A DNA stretch of 64,000 bases from Eledone cirrhosa (GCA_964016885.1 OZ024741.1:231508001-231572000), one strand, 5' to 3'. Counted from the stretch's first letter, positions 11,823-29,433 are shown. The notes: generated by a model not told the origin, from the sequence alone. Translations and numbers: made by a program.

Positions 11823-13898
11823 AAGAGAACGATTAAGAGAACGAACAAAAAAATCAACAAGCTGAAATACCGTCAGCAGCAACACATCAACTTGACTGCC
11901 ATTTCATCACTAGCGATTAAAAAACATAACCTCCAAAACAACATAATGTCTCTCATCAACAATCAGAGAAGAGCTGAAGAGGCCTGGGCCATTGAGAAGA
12001 TCAAACTCAATCCCAAAGTGTTCTTTTCATTTGCAAAAAAACACAAAATCACTGGCTCTACTGTTGGCCCTCTAATTGATGAAAATGGCACTCTTCAAGA
12101 CAATGCTAAAACCATGGGTGAGATACTGCAGAAACAATACTGCTCTGTTTTCAGCAATCCTGATATGGCCGATGTGGGCTGTATCGGCGATGTTACTCCC
12201 CATTACACCTTATCGGACATAACGTTTGGCGCCCCTGATGTCTTAGCGGCAATAAAGGAAATCAAGCCTAATTCCGCAGTAGGTCCCGATAGGTTCCCTG
12301 CTTGTGTCTTGAAGGCGTGTCAACACCAAATTGCATCTCCTCTTGCCAATCTGTGGCGGAACTCACTGGATGCTGGATATGTGCCAGAAAACCTTCTATC
12401 CCAGTCTGTTGTCCCAGTTTTCAAAAAAGGAAACAAATCCCTTGCCGTGAATTACCGTCCAATCTCACTCACCTCTCATATCATTAAGGTATTTGAGAGA
12501 GTGGTGAGATCGCGAATGACCCACTTCCTTGAGAGTAACAATATGCTGAACTCCAACCAGTATGGATTCCGTAATGGAAGGGATTGCCTGACGCAGCTAC
12601 TGCATCACTTTGATGACATTTTGAGAGCCTTGGGAGAGGGTTCCAACACTGCTGTTATCTACCTTGATTTCAGCAAGGCTTTTGACAGGGTTGATCATAA
12701 CATTCTACTGAGAAAACTGTCCAATATTGGTGTCACTGGAAAGCTGCTGCAGTGGATCAAGAGCTTCCTGTCAAGCAGAACCCAACATGTTGTAGTTGAA
12801 GGAGTCAAATCCAGCCCAGCCAAAGTCAGTAGTGGGGTCCCACAAGGCACTGTGTTGGGCCCACTTCTCTTCATCATCTATATTAATGACATCACTGACA
12901 TCATCAAACACAGCAACATTAAAATTTTCGCTGATGATTCCAAGCTCCAAAAGGTCATCAATGGCGTGGATGACCGGATAAGCCTTCAGTCAGACCGACA
13001 GGCTGTTACCCAATGGGCGGAAAAGAACAACATGTTACTGAACGAAGACAAATTCGAACTGATCCACTTTGGAAAAGAGGATGCTCTGAAACTCCCGTAC
13101 TCCCTTCCCTCCGGGAAAACTCTCGAGGCATCTAACAACATCAGAGACTTGGGAGTAACCGTAGACAGCAACATAAGCTGGGCCACGCATATAAGCAGCA
13201 AAGTTGACATGGCCCGCAGAATGTGTTCCTGGATCCTCAGAACCTTCCAGTCGAGAGATTCCCACACCATTATCCTTCTCTTCTCTACTTTTGCCCGACC
13301 ACCCCTTGAATACGGTTGTCCACTGTGGTCTCCCCACACGAAACAAAGTATCATGAAACTTGAAGCTCCTCAAAGGGCAATCACGAAAAAGATAGATGGC
13401 ATGTCAGACCTTGACTACTGGGGTCGACTAGAAAAGCTGAAACTTTACTCACTCCAACGTCGCCGTGAGCGTTATATTATCTGCATGATGTGGAAAATGT
13501 TCCATCATCACTGCCCAAATGATGTTGGCATCGCCTTAAAGATACACCCAAGTCTTGGGCCCCGTGCTATCCGTCCCATACAAAAATCTAAATCGCAACT
13601 CATAACAACAATACGGCACAATTATTTCACCTCAATTGGCCCTGCTCTCTTCAACATCACACCAGGACACGTCAAAACAGAAACTGACCACACAAAATTC
13701 AAGAAGTCTTTGGACAAATTCCTCCAAGTAATCCCAGACAAACCACCAACACCCGGATATGTCTCCGCAAACAGTAATTCTCTTCTCGAATGGGACATGA
13801 TGCCCAAATCCTGAATTGAAAGACTTCGCCAGTGGTGCTATTAAGTTAGACATGGCCTGGGCCAATACTGGCCAAAACATTTCAAAGTTATTCAAAGT

Positions 13899-13900
<2 letters not shown>
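11823..13900 (+). mobile_element. 5'-truncated CR1-group LINE with an uninterrupted RT frame
   Basis: Frame ending 13814 has NPKVFFSF, NYRPISLTS, QYGFR, YLDFSKAFDRVDH, GVPQGTVLGP, FADD and YSLQRRRERY. Short 3'UTR ending in the tandem TTCAAAGTTA x2. Inserted in (TA)n. Confidence 0.88.
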
Positions 13901-15104
<1,204 letters not shown>

Positions 15105-15644
15105 CGACTAAACTGGCAACCCCACCAAGGTTTCTTGGTGAGGAGGGTGATTTTGGACATCCTGCAGGACTAAAAACAAAACCTGTCAAAGGGCTAAGGA
15201 GCTCTTAAGAGTCAATGGCCATCCAAAATCACCGGGAGAGATGACCCCTTAGCCTTTGTCAAGGCAGAATTCTAGGAGAAGGAAAACTCTGATATAACAC
15301 CTGCAACCCTGATGGTATCCAATGATGTTGACTTGTTCTTCTTTTTGGTAAATATCATCTTGGTTAAGAGAGTGGGACTGGCTTTGTGCAGTGCCTTTGC
15401 TCACTATAAAAGCTTCACGGCACAGGCATTGCTTTATATCTGGAGATCTCTCTGCACTTGTCCTCACATGGTACCATGGGCCCAGCACTATGTGTCAATA
15501 ATTGTCACAAGTGTAGTGTTTGTACCAGAGTTTTCAAGTCGCTGGCTGGACTAAAAAGTCACACTCGTTCAGCGCATTGGTAGGAGTTCTTCTACATGGA
15601 TATAAAGTAGTGGCCGTACTCGAAAACGAGTTGGCAGCCACCAT

Positions 15645-15645
<1 letters not shown>
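15105..15645 (+). mobile_element. Internally deleted (bipartite) RTE-clade non-autonomous element
   Basis: The 5' part has CTAGGAGAAGGAAAACTCTGA, recalled as typical of RTE 5'UTRs. 15512-15583 encodes [23 protein letters not shown], like the RTE C-terminal C2H2 finger. 3' hairpin CTCG(AAAA)CGAG, then an ATGT tail. Confidence 0.65.
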
Positions 15646-18135
<2,490 letters not shown>

Positions 18136-18454
18136 TAGATAAATCTACCAAGAGTTTACGGTAGTGTCCAATCCGTATGAAGAACTCAATGTATTCCGGA
18201 TATCATGGAAAGAAGAGATGTAATGAAAAACCACTTTCGGTGAAAGATAAATGGTATACAGAGTCAAGATAAAATATTAAACAAATAATGAATAAACAAT
18301 TCCTTATATTAAACAAAAAAAGTTCATTATTTAACGATCGTTTCTAGGGTATATATGTGTTATAATTGGTATGCATATTCAACAGATCTATGTACAAAAT
18401 TATACAAAATTATACAAATTATCAAGATTAAATATACATACCTAACACATATAT

Positions 18455-19221
18455 ATAGTAAAAATCACGATACAACCTATAAAAATAATAAAAATAATAA
18501 ACAACATAGAAACCGTAATAGACGAGTTACTTGGTATAATGCTCCTTTTAATTTACAAGTTAAGGATAATATTGCTAAAAAATTTTTTTATATCCTTGAG
18601 AAAAACTTCCCGCCAAACCACAAATACCATCAAATCTTAAATAGGTCTACAGTTAAATTCTCATACTCTACAACAAATAACATAAAACAAAATATAAGTG
18701 CATATAATGCATATAAATGTAAGAAAACCATAAGTATACCACCAGTACATCAAATTAACCATAATATCTCCTCAAATACAGAATTAACGAAAGGATGTAA
18801 CTGTAGAAACAAAGCAAACTGCCCATTAAAAGGGAATTGTCTTGTTAACAACATAGTCTATAAATGTAATGTTAAAACTAAAGATTCTATTTGCTCATAT
18901 ATAGGAGCTACCTCTAACAATTTTAAGACAAGGTTTAATACCCACAAGCATAGTTTTAAAAATGCCGCACTGGCTAATACAACATCTCTAGCAGAAAAAA
19001 TCAATAGTTATAAAAATAAGAATATAAAATATGATTTGACCTGGAGTGTGCTCAAAAGAGCCACCCCTTATCAAAATAATAGAAAGGAATGTAGATTATG
19101 TTCCCAAGAACTATTTGAAATAATGAAGTCTAAGGATATCTTATTAAATAAACGACAGGAATTAATTATATCGTGTAATCATAAACTAAAAAAAACATTT
19201 AAATATTATAAACCTAATTAA
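18455..19221 (+). pseudogene. PLE C-terminal linker + GIY-YIG endonuclease
   Basis: RRVTWYNAPF, CNCRNKANCPL (CxCx5C), IVYKC, YIGAT, FKTRFNTH, CRLC..E, LLNKRQE...CNH. Confidence 0.88.
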
Positions 19222-19754
19222 TAACATTATTCTAGAAATTAATTTAATTTAAATGTTAGTTAACCTATAAATTTAATTTAATTAATATTTTATTACAGAT
19301 GAGAATATAAAATATTATGTAATCATAAATTGTGAAAAACCTTTAAATATTACTAATATATACTTAGTAATTTAATTTATAGATTAATTTTAATTTATTT
19401 AAACCTTTTATTATAACTCTTTTACAGATAAAATATAACAAAATAATATCGTGTATCCAATGACAGAGAAATAATTTTTAGTATTATAGACCTAATTAAT
19501 ATACATTTTGGAAATATATTTATTATTTGGTTTTAGTTTTAATCAACCTAAAAATTTTAATTTTAATTTGCTTAAAATTAGTATCCTTATACAGACGAAT
19601 TGCAGAATGTCATGTAATCATAGAATGGGATGTGTTTTGGATATATACCTAGTTAATATATTCTGTGCAATTTTTTGAAAAAGATATGTATATGTATATG
19701 TGTATGTGTATGTGTGTGTGTGTATGTGTATCTGTATGTATGTATATATGTGTA

Positions 19755-19795
<41 letters not shown>

Positions 19796-20820
19796 ATATG
19801 TATGTATATGTGTATGTGTATGTATATGTATATGTATGCGTATTAATTTTGATTTCTATTTGCATATAATTATATTATGCTATTGATGAAATACAATATC
19901 TGCTTTATGTATTGTATACCTAATTAACATATACTAATTAACATATACTATTGAAATAAATATATAATTTTTAATTTAGTTAACATATAATTTATATGCT
20001 ACTACCGATGTAATACTTTATTTTATTTTTATTTGGGTTTCTTTTCCCTATTACTAAATTCATTTCCTAATATTGATACCATAACGTTATTAACTTTAAT
20101 TTAGTTATACTGTAATTAATAATCTACTACTGTTTGACTTCAAAATTCTGCTTCAAATATTATAAACCTAACTAATTTACACCTTAGAAATCAATATGTT
20201 GACTATCTTTGGTTTAGTTAACATATGATTAATGGTATACTTATTTATTTTGAGATGCATAGATTTTGCCTTAGTTCTTGTTTGTCGTATTTCCTAGCAC
20301 TGAAAATATGTAAGAACATACATTGAATAAAGATACGGAAAATATTATATGTTTCTTGAAACATATATTTACTTTGATCCCCTTCTCCAAACCCCCCCTT
20401 TCCCCCTTACTATTATCATCTGTATTTGTAAGCGTCTATGTATGAATATATATGTAGGTAGGTGTCTATATAGGTTTGGGTATTTATATCTAAATATAAA
20501 AATACATATATGCGCATGCAAATATGAATGTAAGATTGCGTGTGTATATATGAGTGTACATATGTATGTGTATATATATGTATATATATGCATTATATAT
20601 GTATGTGTATGTGAATGTGTTGTATGTATGTGTATGTGTGTTGTATATATATGTATGTCTCTCTATTTATATGTTTATCTTCGTATCTATGTGATATATG
20701 TGTGTGTGTGTGCACGTATGCATATGTATGTGTTTGTGTGTGTTTGTATGTGTGTGTGTATATATGTGTATGTGCGCACACACACATACACATATATATA
20801 TGTGAGTGTGTATATGTGTC

Positions 20821-20876
<56 letters not shown>

Positions 20877-21161
20877 GATATATATATATATATATAGGTG
20901 TCTATGTGTGAATATATGTCTTTTTTCGTATGTGTGTATTTATGTATGTATATGTTTATGTGTATGTATGTATGTGTATGTATGTATGTATATATATATA
21001 TATATATATGTATATGTATATATATATATGTATATTATTCTTTATTATTATAATATAACTTATGTGTATATTGTATAAGTGAGGTTTTGTATGTGTATAT
21101 AATATGTGTATATATAAGTGTAAAAAAAAATATATATATATATGTGCATGTCTGTTTTTTA

Positions 21162-21200
<39 letters not shown>

Positions 21201-21315
21201 GTGTGTATATATATATATATATATATATGTGGGTGTTTGTATGTGTATTTATGGTGGTATGAGTGTGTGGATATATATGTTTATATATATATATATATAT
21301 ATATGTATGAGTGTA

Positions 21316-21354
<39 letters not shown>

Positions 21355-21662
21355 ATATATATGTATATATATATATGTGTATGTATGTGTGTATATATAT
21401 ATATCTCTATTAATGCGTGTGTGTATGTATATACATATGCCTTTTTATTATTATTTTTATTTGTATGTCCGAGTTAGGTGAGGTTGTAGTGTTTTTTTTT
21501 TTGTATGTATATACGCATATATGGAAGCGTATGTATTTATATATATGAGTATAAGTAGGTGCATATGTATGTATGATTATATATCTAATTCTATGTATGA
21601 ATGTACATCTATATATATATATGTGTGTATGTAAGTTGTGTGTGTATGTATCTATATGTCTA

Positions 21663-21693
<31 letters not shown>

Positions 21694-21788
21694 GTGTATA
21701 TATGTATATCGATGTGCGTATATGTATATACATGTATGTACATGTATGTGTGTATGTATGTGTATGTATATTTAGATGTATGTGTATG

Positions 21789-21831
<43 letters not shown>

Positions 21832-22646
21832 ATATATATATGGATATATATCTTTATTATTTATTTTTTATATATATGTGTATGTGTGTATGTGTTGCGT
21901 GTGTGTGTGTGTGTATATATATATCTTTATATATGTGTATGTGTATGTTCGTGTAAGTGTATGTGTGTGTATGACTGTATATGTATGTGTGTATGTGTGT
22001 ATGCGTAAATATTTCTATGTGCGCGTACATGTATGTATGTGTATATATCTGTATGTGTATGTATATTATATTATATTTATTATATTTTATTGTTTTATTT
22101 TTTTATTTTTCTTAATTTATAGATACATTTATATTAGGCAGTCTGCTCAGACAATTGAATACTGACCCCTCCCCCCCCTCCCACCTAATTTCTGTATCTT
22201 GATCTTGAAATGTGTGTGCCAGTGTTTTATGTGAGTGATTTAATATCCATGTGCTTATGATTTTATATCCACATATATAAATGTGAGTGGGGGTGTGTGT
22301 GTGTTTGTATGTTCGTGGTTATGTGTATATTTATGCATATACGCGCGTGTATGTGTGATTGTACTGATATGTGTGAGTATGAAAAAATATATTTATATGC
22401 TTGACTCCATAGTATCAATGCGCATCTTATCAGCGCATTTTAAGCTTACAGAGATATTAACCTTGAAATTTTGTGTTTGCATCCATCTTTTTAGTATGCG
22501 TATACAAGTTATGCATACATTTTTGTAAAATATGTGTAAGGATTTTACATGTATATACACACACCGAACTGCTTTTAACCCTTTGTGTTTTCATTGGTCA
22601 ATTTTGAACTGAAATTTTGAATTGTTGTTATTATCAATAAATATAC

Positions 22647-22801
22647 TTCATTATTTCTGAAGACGGCGTATATATGTGTTAGGTATGTATATTTAATCTT
22701 GATAATTTGTATAATTTTGTATAATTTTGTACATAGATCTGTTGAATATGCATACCAATTATAACACATATATACCCTAGAAACGATCGTTAAATAATGA
22801 A
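22647..22801 (+). ncRNA. Type I hammerhead with a ~115-nt stem II
   Basis: ttcattattt-CTGAAGA-[cggc gtatatatgtgtta ... taacacatatatac ccta]-GAAAC-gatc-GTT-aaataatgaa. Stem I is a perfect 10 bp. Confidence 0.75.
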
Positions 22802-22846
22802 CTTTTTTTGTTTAATATAAGGAATTGTTTATTCATTATTTGTTTA

Positions 22847-22938
<92 letters not shown>

Positions 22939-22983
22939 TATATATATACATATATATATATATGTATATACATATATAAACAC

Positions 22984-23071
<88 letters not shown>

Positions 23072-23114
23072 ATATATATATATATGTATATAAATATGTA
23101 TGTATATATATATA

Positions 23115-23160
<46 letters not shown>

Positions 23161-23161
23161 C

Positions 23162-23226
<65 letters not shown>

Positions 23227-23227
23227 C

Positions 23228-23262
<35 letters not shown>

Positions 23263-23263
23263 C

Positions 23264-23341
<78 letters not shown>

Positions 23342-23368
23342 TATATATATACATATATATATATATGT

Positions 23369-23562
23369 ATAGGAACAAGTAAGACCCCGACGGCTGGGCT
23401 CAAGCCGTTTCGACGGCTAATTCTGTACATAATTAGCCGTCGAAATGGCTTGAGCTCAGCCGTCGGGGTCTTACTTGTTCCTATTACCCACTCTACTACC
23501 CTAAGTATTGAGAACTCCGGTGCGTTATGGTCCATCTGGTTCCTTACCACATTTCTTCGTTA
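23369..23562 (+). mobile_element. Short fold-back pLTR-like remnant (family also at 23750-23933, 33050-33244, 16213, 16560, 62222)
   Basis: Palindrome centred at 23426/7. Each arm carries GAAAC/T-ggct(tgagctc)agcc-GTC-gggg, the 3' half of an HHR. Ends in (TA)n. Confidence 0.75.
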
Positions 23563-23572
23563 TATATATATG

Positions 23573-23709
<137 letters not shown>

Positions 23710-23715
23710 TATATA

Positions 23716-23749
<34 letters not shown>

Positions 23750-23752
<3 letters not shown>

Positions 23753-23931
23753 CGAAGGAAATGTGGTAAGGAACCAGGTGGACCATAACGCACCAAAGTA
23801 CTCAATACTTGAGGTAGTAGAGTGGGTAATAGGAACCAGTATGACCCCGACAGCTGAGCTCAAGCCGTTTCGACGTCCAGAATTAGCCGTCGAAACGGCT
23901 TGAGCTCAGCTGTCGGGGTCTTACTGGTTCC

Positions 23932-23933
<2 letters not shown>
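23750..23933 (-). mobile_element. Second fold-back copy of the same short family
   Basis: Reverse complement of 23430-23562 plus an inverted arm at 23880-23933. Confidence 0.75.
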
Positions 23934-23964
<31 letters not shown>

Positions 23965-23975
23965 ATATATGTATG

Positions 23976-24049
<74 letters not shown>

Positions 24050-24083
24050 TATATATGTATGTATGTATATATATGTATGTATG

Positions 24084-24160
<77 letters not shown>

Positions 24161-24185
24161 ATATATGTATTTATATATATGTATG

Positions 24186-24220
<35 letters not shown>

Positions 24221-24271
24221 ATATATGTATGTATGTATATATATGTATGTATGTATGTATATATATGTATG

Positions 24272-24303
<32 letters not shown>

Positions 24304-24536
24304 TGTATGTATGTATATATATGTATGTATGTATATATGTATGTATGTATATATATGTATATATGTTTATATGTATATACATATATGTATATATATATGT
24401 ATATATATATATGTATATATATATGTATATATGTGTATATATATATATGTATATATATATATGTATATATATATGTATATATGTGTATATATATGTGTAT
24501 ATATATATGTATATATATATATATATGTATATATAT

Positions 24537-27346
24537 GGAAGATGTGGAAGACGGGACCTTTGGCACCACACAGTGACGTCCTGTTCGACGGTTGGTCCAG
24601 CTCCCAATGCCAAAGTTTGGTGCCAGTCCCTCCAGCATTTTCCACATGTAGATCACTGCGTATCTCTCCCGTCTTCGCTCCAAGGAGTAGAGGTTCAGTT
24701 CCTTCAGCCTCTCCCAGTAGCTTGTCTCCCTCATCTTGGCAATCCTCTTGGTGTAGCTTCGCTGGATTGCCTCAAGCTCCGTGGTTAGTTTGACACTATG
24801 GGGTGACCACAGCTGGGAGCAGTAGTTCAGGCGGCTTAGGACAAAAGTCCTCCACAGTGTCAACATGGTGTCTCGATCTCTTGTAAGGAAAGTCCTCAAG
24901 ATCCAGCCAGCGAATCGTCTACATGTTGTCGCCACCTTCATGATGTGTGAAGAAAAAGATGCATCATCGCTCATGTCTATGCCCAGGTCTCGTATCGATT
25001 TTGACACGGGGATATCGGTCCCTCCTGGTCCTGTGTAGCTGTGTTCCGCTATATTTGTGTTTGTGTTTGTAGGTTTGTATTGTAGGGCTTGAAATTTGCC
25101 AGCATTAAACTGCATGTTGTTTTCTTCCGCCCATCTGTATATGGCATCCAGATCCTGCTGTAAGAGGGCAGCGTCAGCCGTGTTTTTTGATTGCCAGTGC
25201 TATCTTAGTATTATCACCATAGCTAGTAAGGGATGTTGTTGCATGCACCACAGAGGGCATGTCCGAGAGAGCCACCAAAAACAGTAGTGGTCCCAGGACT
25301 GTCCCCTGGGGCACTCCACTTGTTATTGGTGTTTCCTTTGAGAGGGCCCCAGTTGCTGCGACTGCCTGGCTTCTGTCCCTTAGGAAGCCATGCAGCCACT
25401 CACCTACTTTTCCAGTTATGCCGAGTCCGTGTAGTTTGTGGACATATCATTCCGTGGTCGACCTTGTCAAAGGCCTTCGCAAAGTCAAGATATATCACGT
25501 CTACATGTGAGCTGTCTAGTAGTTGTCTCAGTACCCAGTCGTAGTGATGTAGCAGCTGTGTAAGGCAGCTTCTTCCTGGGCGGAAGCCATGTTGCATGCT
25601 AGTCAGGCGGTCATTTTCTTCGAGGAAAGTGATTAGTTTCTTTCTGACAACTCGCTCCACGACCTTACTGATATGCGACGTCAGGGAGACTGGCCTATAG
25701 TTCTTGGCCTCCGCTCTACTACCTCCTTTATGGATAGGGCATATTGTGCCTTCTTTCAGCTCCCTGGGTAGTACACCGCTAGCCAAGGAGCTTCTGAAGA
25801 GCATCTTCAGTGGAGTTGCTAAGGCCCGCTTACATATTTTTAGGAGAACTGCTGGGAATCCATCACGTCCAGCAGCCGAGTCTGTTCTAATTTCATCAAT
25901 GGCGTACACCACATCCTCCTCCGTTATGTCTATGTGGTTGATGGTTGCCATTTCTTGATGTAGTGTTGTGGCATCAAAGAACTCCTCTGGCTTCGTTATT
26001 TGCATGTGCCTCAGTGGACATGTGAAGACACTTTTGTACTGTTCGTTCAGTATTTCACATATCTCTTGGGGATTTTCGGTTAATGAACCGTCCGTGTGGA
26101 AGAGTGGTCCAATCTTGCAGTGTACTGAGGCAGTTTCTTTTGCAAAATTAAAGAAGGCCTTAGGGTTTGTTTTAATGTTTTCTATGGCCCTGTTCTCTTT
26201 CTTTGCCCTCTCATTCTCATGTGAAAGTTTGAGTGCAATCTTGGTGTCAAGTATTGCACGTTTCAAATAGGATTCCTTCTTGTTTTGGTTTTGTCGACTA
26301 TTCAACTGGTTTGAGAGTTTAGTTCTACGTCTCATAAGGATTTTCCTATCTCTGGGAATAAGATTTTTATGTCTGTTTGCCTCTTTCTCCGGGACACACT
26401 TTTTGCATATGGTGTGTATCGTTGTCATGAAGTGTTGAAATTGTGTGTTAGTGTCTTGTGTGGCGATGTTTTCACTCCATGTTTGCTTCCGGATTTCACT
26501 CTTAATCTTTTTCCAGTTAGCCTTGTAGAAGTTAAGGTTGGATAGCGTCCCGGAGCTTCTTGGTGGTTTTGTCTCTGTTGGTTCTCTTGGACCACATATC
26601 ATTAGCTCTACTAAGTTATGATCCGAGAGAATTGTTGGTGTCACCTTTACATTGTGGATGAGCACTTCGTTGTTTGTAAAACAGAGGTCCAGGACATTTT
26701 CGCCTCTTGTTGGGAGGAGTATTGCTTGCTCCATGAACAGCCTGTGTGTGAGGGCCAGCAGGGATTCCGTCTGTCTCTGTTTTATTGACGTCATTCCAGG
26801 GAGGAGGTGGCCCTCAGGCCATTTGACCTTTGGTAGGTTGAAGTCTCCCAGCAGTAGGATGTTGAGACCCTGGTCCAGTTTGTCAAGGACCTCTTCTATC
26901 CTACTTAGGCTATCCTCAAATTTACCCTCATGACTGGGGGCATCGGGCGGCCGATATGTGACACATATTACCGTCTGTAGTTGCTTCATATGTATTATCA
27001 GTGTGTCACAGACTGATTTTGAATGTGTCAACAGTACAATTGGTGTGACATCTTCACGGATATACAGAGCAACCCCACCATGAGTTCTCTCCTTCCTGTC
27101 CGAACGAAATACAGTATATTTCGGTATATGTATTTCTGCATCTGCTATACTGCTTGTCAGGTGCGTTTCGGTTAGTGCCATGCATAGTGCTTGATTGCTT
27201 ATGGCTAAGTCTCCCAGGTAGGACATTTTACTCATGTTGCTGAGTTTCACCAGGCCCCTGACATTCAGCAGCAGCACTGGTGTGACTTTTGGGGTACCAG
27301 TAATGGCTGTCGGTATGACACCTGGTCTGGTGTCAGCGGCGGCCAC
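24537..27346 (-). pseudogene. CR1 ORF2 (APE endonuclease-RT), disrupted
   Basis: Frames 25400-27346 and 24537-25115 ([10 protein letters not shown]), with the intervening GVPQGTVLGP in another frame. Confidence 0.88.
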
Positions 27347-28206
27347 TCTAGGTCCTTTAACTGCGGTGGTCTCGAGTGCTGGTGTGGATGAACCTGGCTC
27401 TGGAGACGATGCAGCCAGGTCAGCTCTCCCACAATCTTCTCTGCCATCACTAAAAAATGTTTCTGATCTGCTGCTGCGATCTGTATCTCGTCGGCATGTG
27501 CGTGCCTTCTCCTTGTTGGTGCAGCACGCGCGACATCAGCATACTTCTGGAGCGGCTTATTTCGGCTTTGGCTGGGGCATGTTGCGCGAGTATGATGGGC
27601 ATAGTTCGTTTGAGACCTAGGGTGGGCGAATCTGCATCCCATCCCTGTCTCTCCATGCCAGCATGTCCCGTTCTTGAAAAACTTGCACATTACTTGGGAT
27701 TTTTTGCTCCCAGTGTCTAGGTGCTTTCTGTTCTTTCTTTGAACAGTTGTCCACTGGTCCCTCTGCGCTTGGTTCTCCTTCGGAAGGTGATTTCGCTTTT
27801 CACCTTTGCCCTTAGCTTGTTGGTTGCCCGGCCTGCCCTCCCTGCCTGTGGCGGAGGGTATATCATTTTCTTTCAGGTCCGTGCTTGTGCTCTCCTCCTT
27901 TTCTTTTTCTTTTTCCTCTTCCCTCTCCTTCTCCTCATCCCTCCCTTCGGTTTTCTCCTCCCTGAGGACACGGCTTAGCATCGCCATATGAGGCGCTATG
28001 AGGACATACGCCTTCTCAATTTCTTTTCTCTTTCTCTCTATCTGTGCCAGGGTCCTCAGAAACCCATGGCTCTTCAGGTTCTCCGCCATCTTTTTGCTTG
28101 GTGGAGACCCATCAGCCATGGTCCACCCCTTGATCAAAACCGCTAGTTCCATCTTTGACCAGTTTCGTTGACCTCTGATTTCACATTTTTCCTGCATGCA
28201 GTCCAT
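27265..28206 (-). CDS. LINE ORF1 with a putative Myb/SANT-like N-terminus and a CCCH zinc finger
   Basis: RNWSKMELAVLIKGW...KMAENLKSHGFLRTLAQIERKRKEI and CKFFKNGTCWHGETGMGCRFAH. Lies directly upstream of, and overlaps, ORF2. Confidence 0.65.
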   Translation of the reverse strand: MDCMQEKCEIRGQRNWSKMELAVLIKGWTMADGSPPSKKMAENLKSHGFLRTLAQIERKRKEIEKAYVLIAPHMAMLSRVLREEKTEGRDEEKEREEEKEKEKEESTSTDLKENDIPSATGREGRPGNQQAKGKGEKRNHLPKENQAQRDQWTTVQRKNRKHLDTGSKKSQVMCKFFKNGTCWHGETGMGCRFAHPRSQTNYAHHTRATCPSQSRNKPLQKYADVARAAPTRRRHAHADEIQIAAADQKHFLVMAEKIVGELTWLHRLQSQVHPHQHSRPPQLKDLEWPPLTPDQVSYRQPLLVPQKSHQCCC

Positions 28207-28410
28207 TTCGCTGTGAAGGGGAGAAAGAGAGACAGTGGGAAGTGTAGGGTAGAGGTTAGAGAGGGACAGAGTGAGGGAGGGAGATAGAGATATAACTCCA
28301 GCGAGAAAAAGAAAGAGAAACAGAAGAAAAGAAAAGAAAAGGGAGAGACAGAAGAGGGGAGCGAGAGAGATAGCGGGAAGAGTGGGGGGGAGGTCAGAGG
28401 GAGAGAGAGG

Positions 28411-28446
<36 letters not shown>

Positions 28447-29098
28447 CTCGTTGATCTAGAGAGAGGGAGAAAGAGAGCTCGTTGATCGAGAGAGAGAGAG
28501 AGGGAGAGAGATAGAGACAGCGTGAGCAACAGCAGTTCACAAATATAAAGATAAATTTTTAAATTTAAATTAATGAATGGAAGAAACCGGAAACATAGAG
28601 ATATAGAAACACGATGTAAGTTGTATATATAAGCTGAATGTAAATGTTTGTTTACAAATATACGAAGTTATTGTAATATCAGCACATCATACAAGAAACA
28701 ACGAAATCGGGTCAAATACAGATAAGATTATACCAAATCAAACAAGATTATATCAAATTAAATTATGTTACTCAGAAAAATCAAAATTAATACAAGATCT
28801 GCTTAAGTTAAACCAAAATGCTCTGTATGGCAGTCAAGAAAAATAGAAAGCACGTGTGTGTGTTGTCTCCTATGAAGGAATCATACAGTGAAAATAAACA
28901 TGTTCAAAACGTAATATATGTAAAATATACTTCAAAATAATTGCGTCAAAGCACAAAACTTATCTTTTTTGTATGTTTTCCTTGTCCTCTGAAGAATTAA
29001 AACCATACATAAATCCGATTACTGTCGATTTAAAATATTAAAATTTCAAATCTGGAGAGACGACAATTCACGTCTTATACCAACAAGTGCCAAGCCTA

Positions 29099-29154
<56 letters not shown>

Positions 29155-29155
29155 C

Positions 29156-29200
<45 letters not shown>

Positions 29201-29201
29201 G

Positions 29202-29248
<47 letters not shown>

Positions 29249-29433
29249 GGAGGTGAGTTTTATTGTAGTACAATAAAGCAATGCAGATATCGGATTGATT
29301 TAAAACTGCACTATCAACAAGTGTTTTTTAGCCTTCATATCATGTTCTCCTGTTTTATCTGATGAAAACACAAATATTATTGCTTGATATATAAAATATA
29401 TGGAACTCCTTTAACCATCTTTTGATCTTATAT

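Larger units (their letters stand above)
18270..22855 (+). mobile_element. 5'-truncated PLE (Hydra-type) with inverted 3'-end copy (18270-18455) and a very long downstream region
   Basis: 18270-18455 is the reverse complement of about 22668-22855. GIY-YIG frame ends at 19221. HHR at 22647-22801. Terminates in (TA)n. Confidence 0.7.
24537..28540 (-). mobile_element. CR1-group LINE with ORF1 and ORF2, inactive, 3' end lost in microsatellite
   Basis: (TC)n-rich 5'UTR. ORF1 27265-28206. ORF2 has LLNVRGL, ETHL, GDFN, SDH, NYRPVSLTS, YLDFAKAFDKVDH and GVPQG. The catalytic motif is degraded to YGDN, with frameshifts near 25440 and 25180. Confidence 0.88.

Noticed and set aside
18355-18454. N-terminus MCYNWYAYSTDL... 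of the 288-aa ORF (also ORF 22575-22769)
   Set aside because: It is the antisense of the element's 3' non-coding end, fused in by the inversion.
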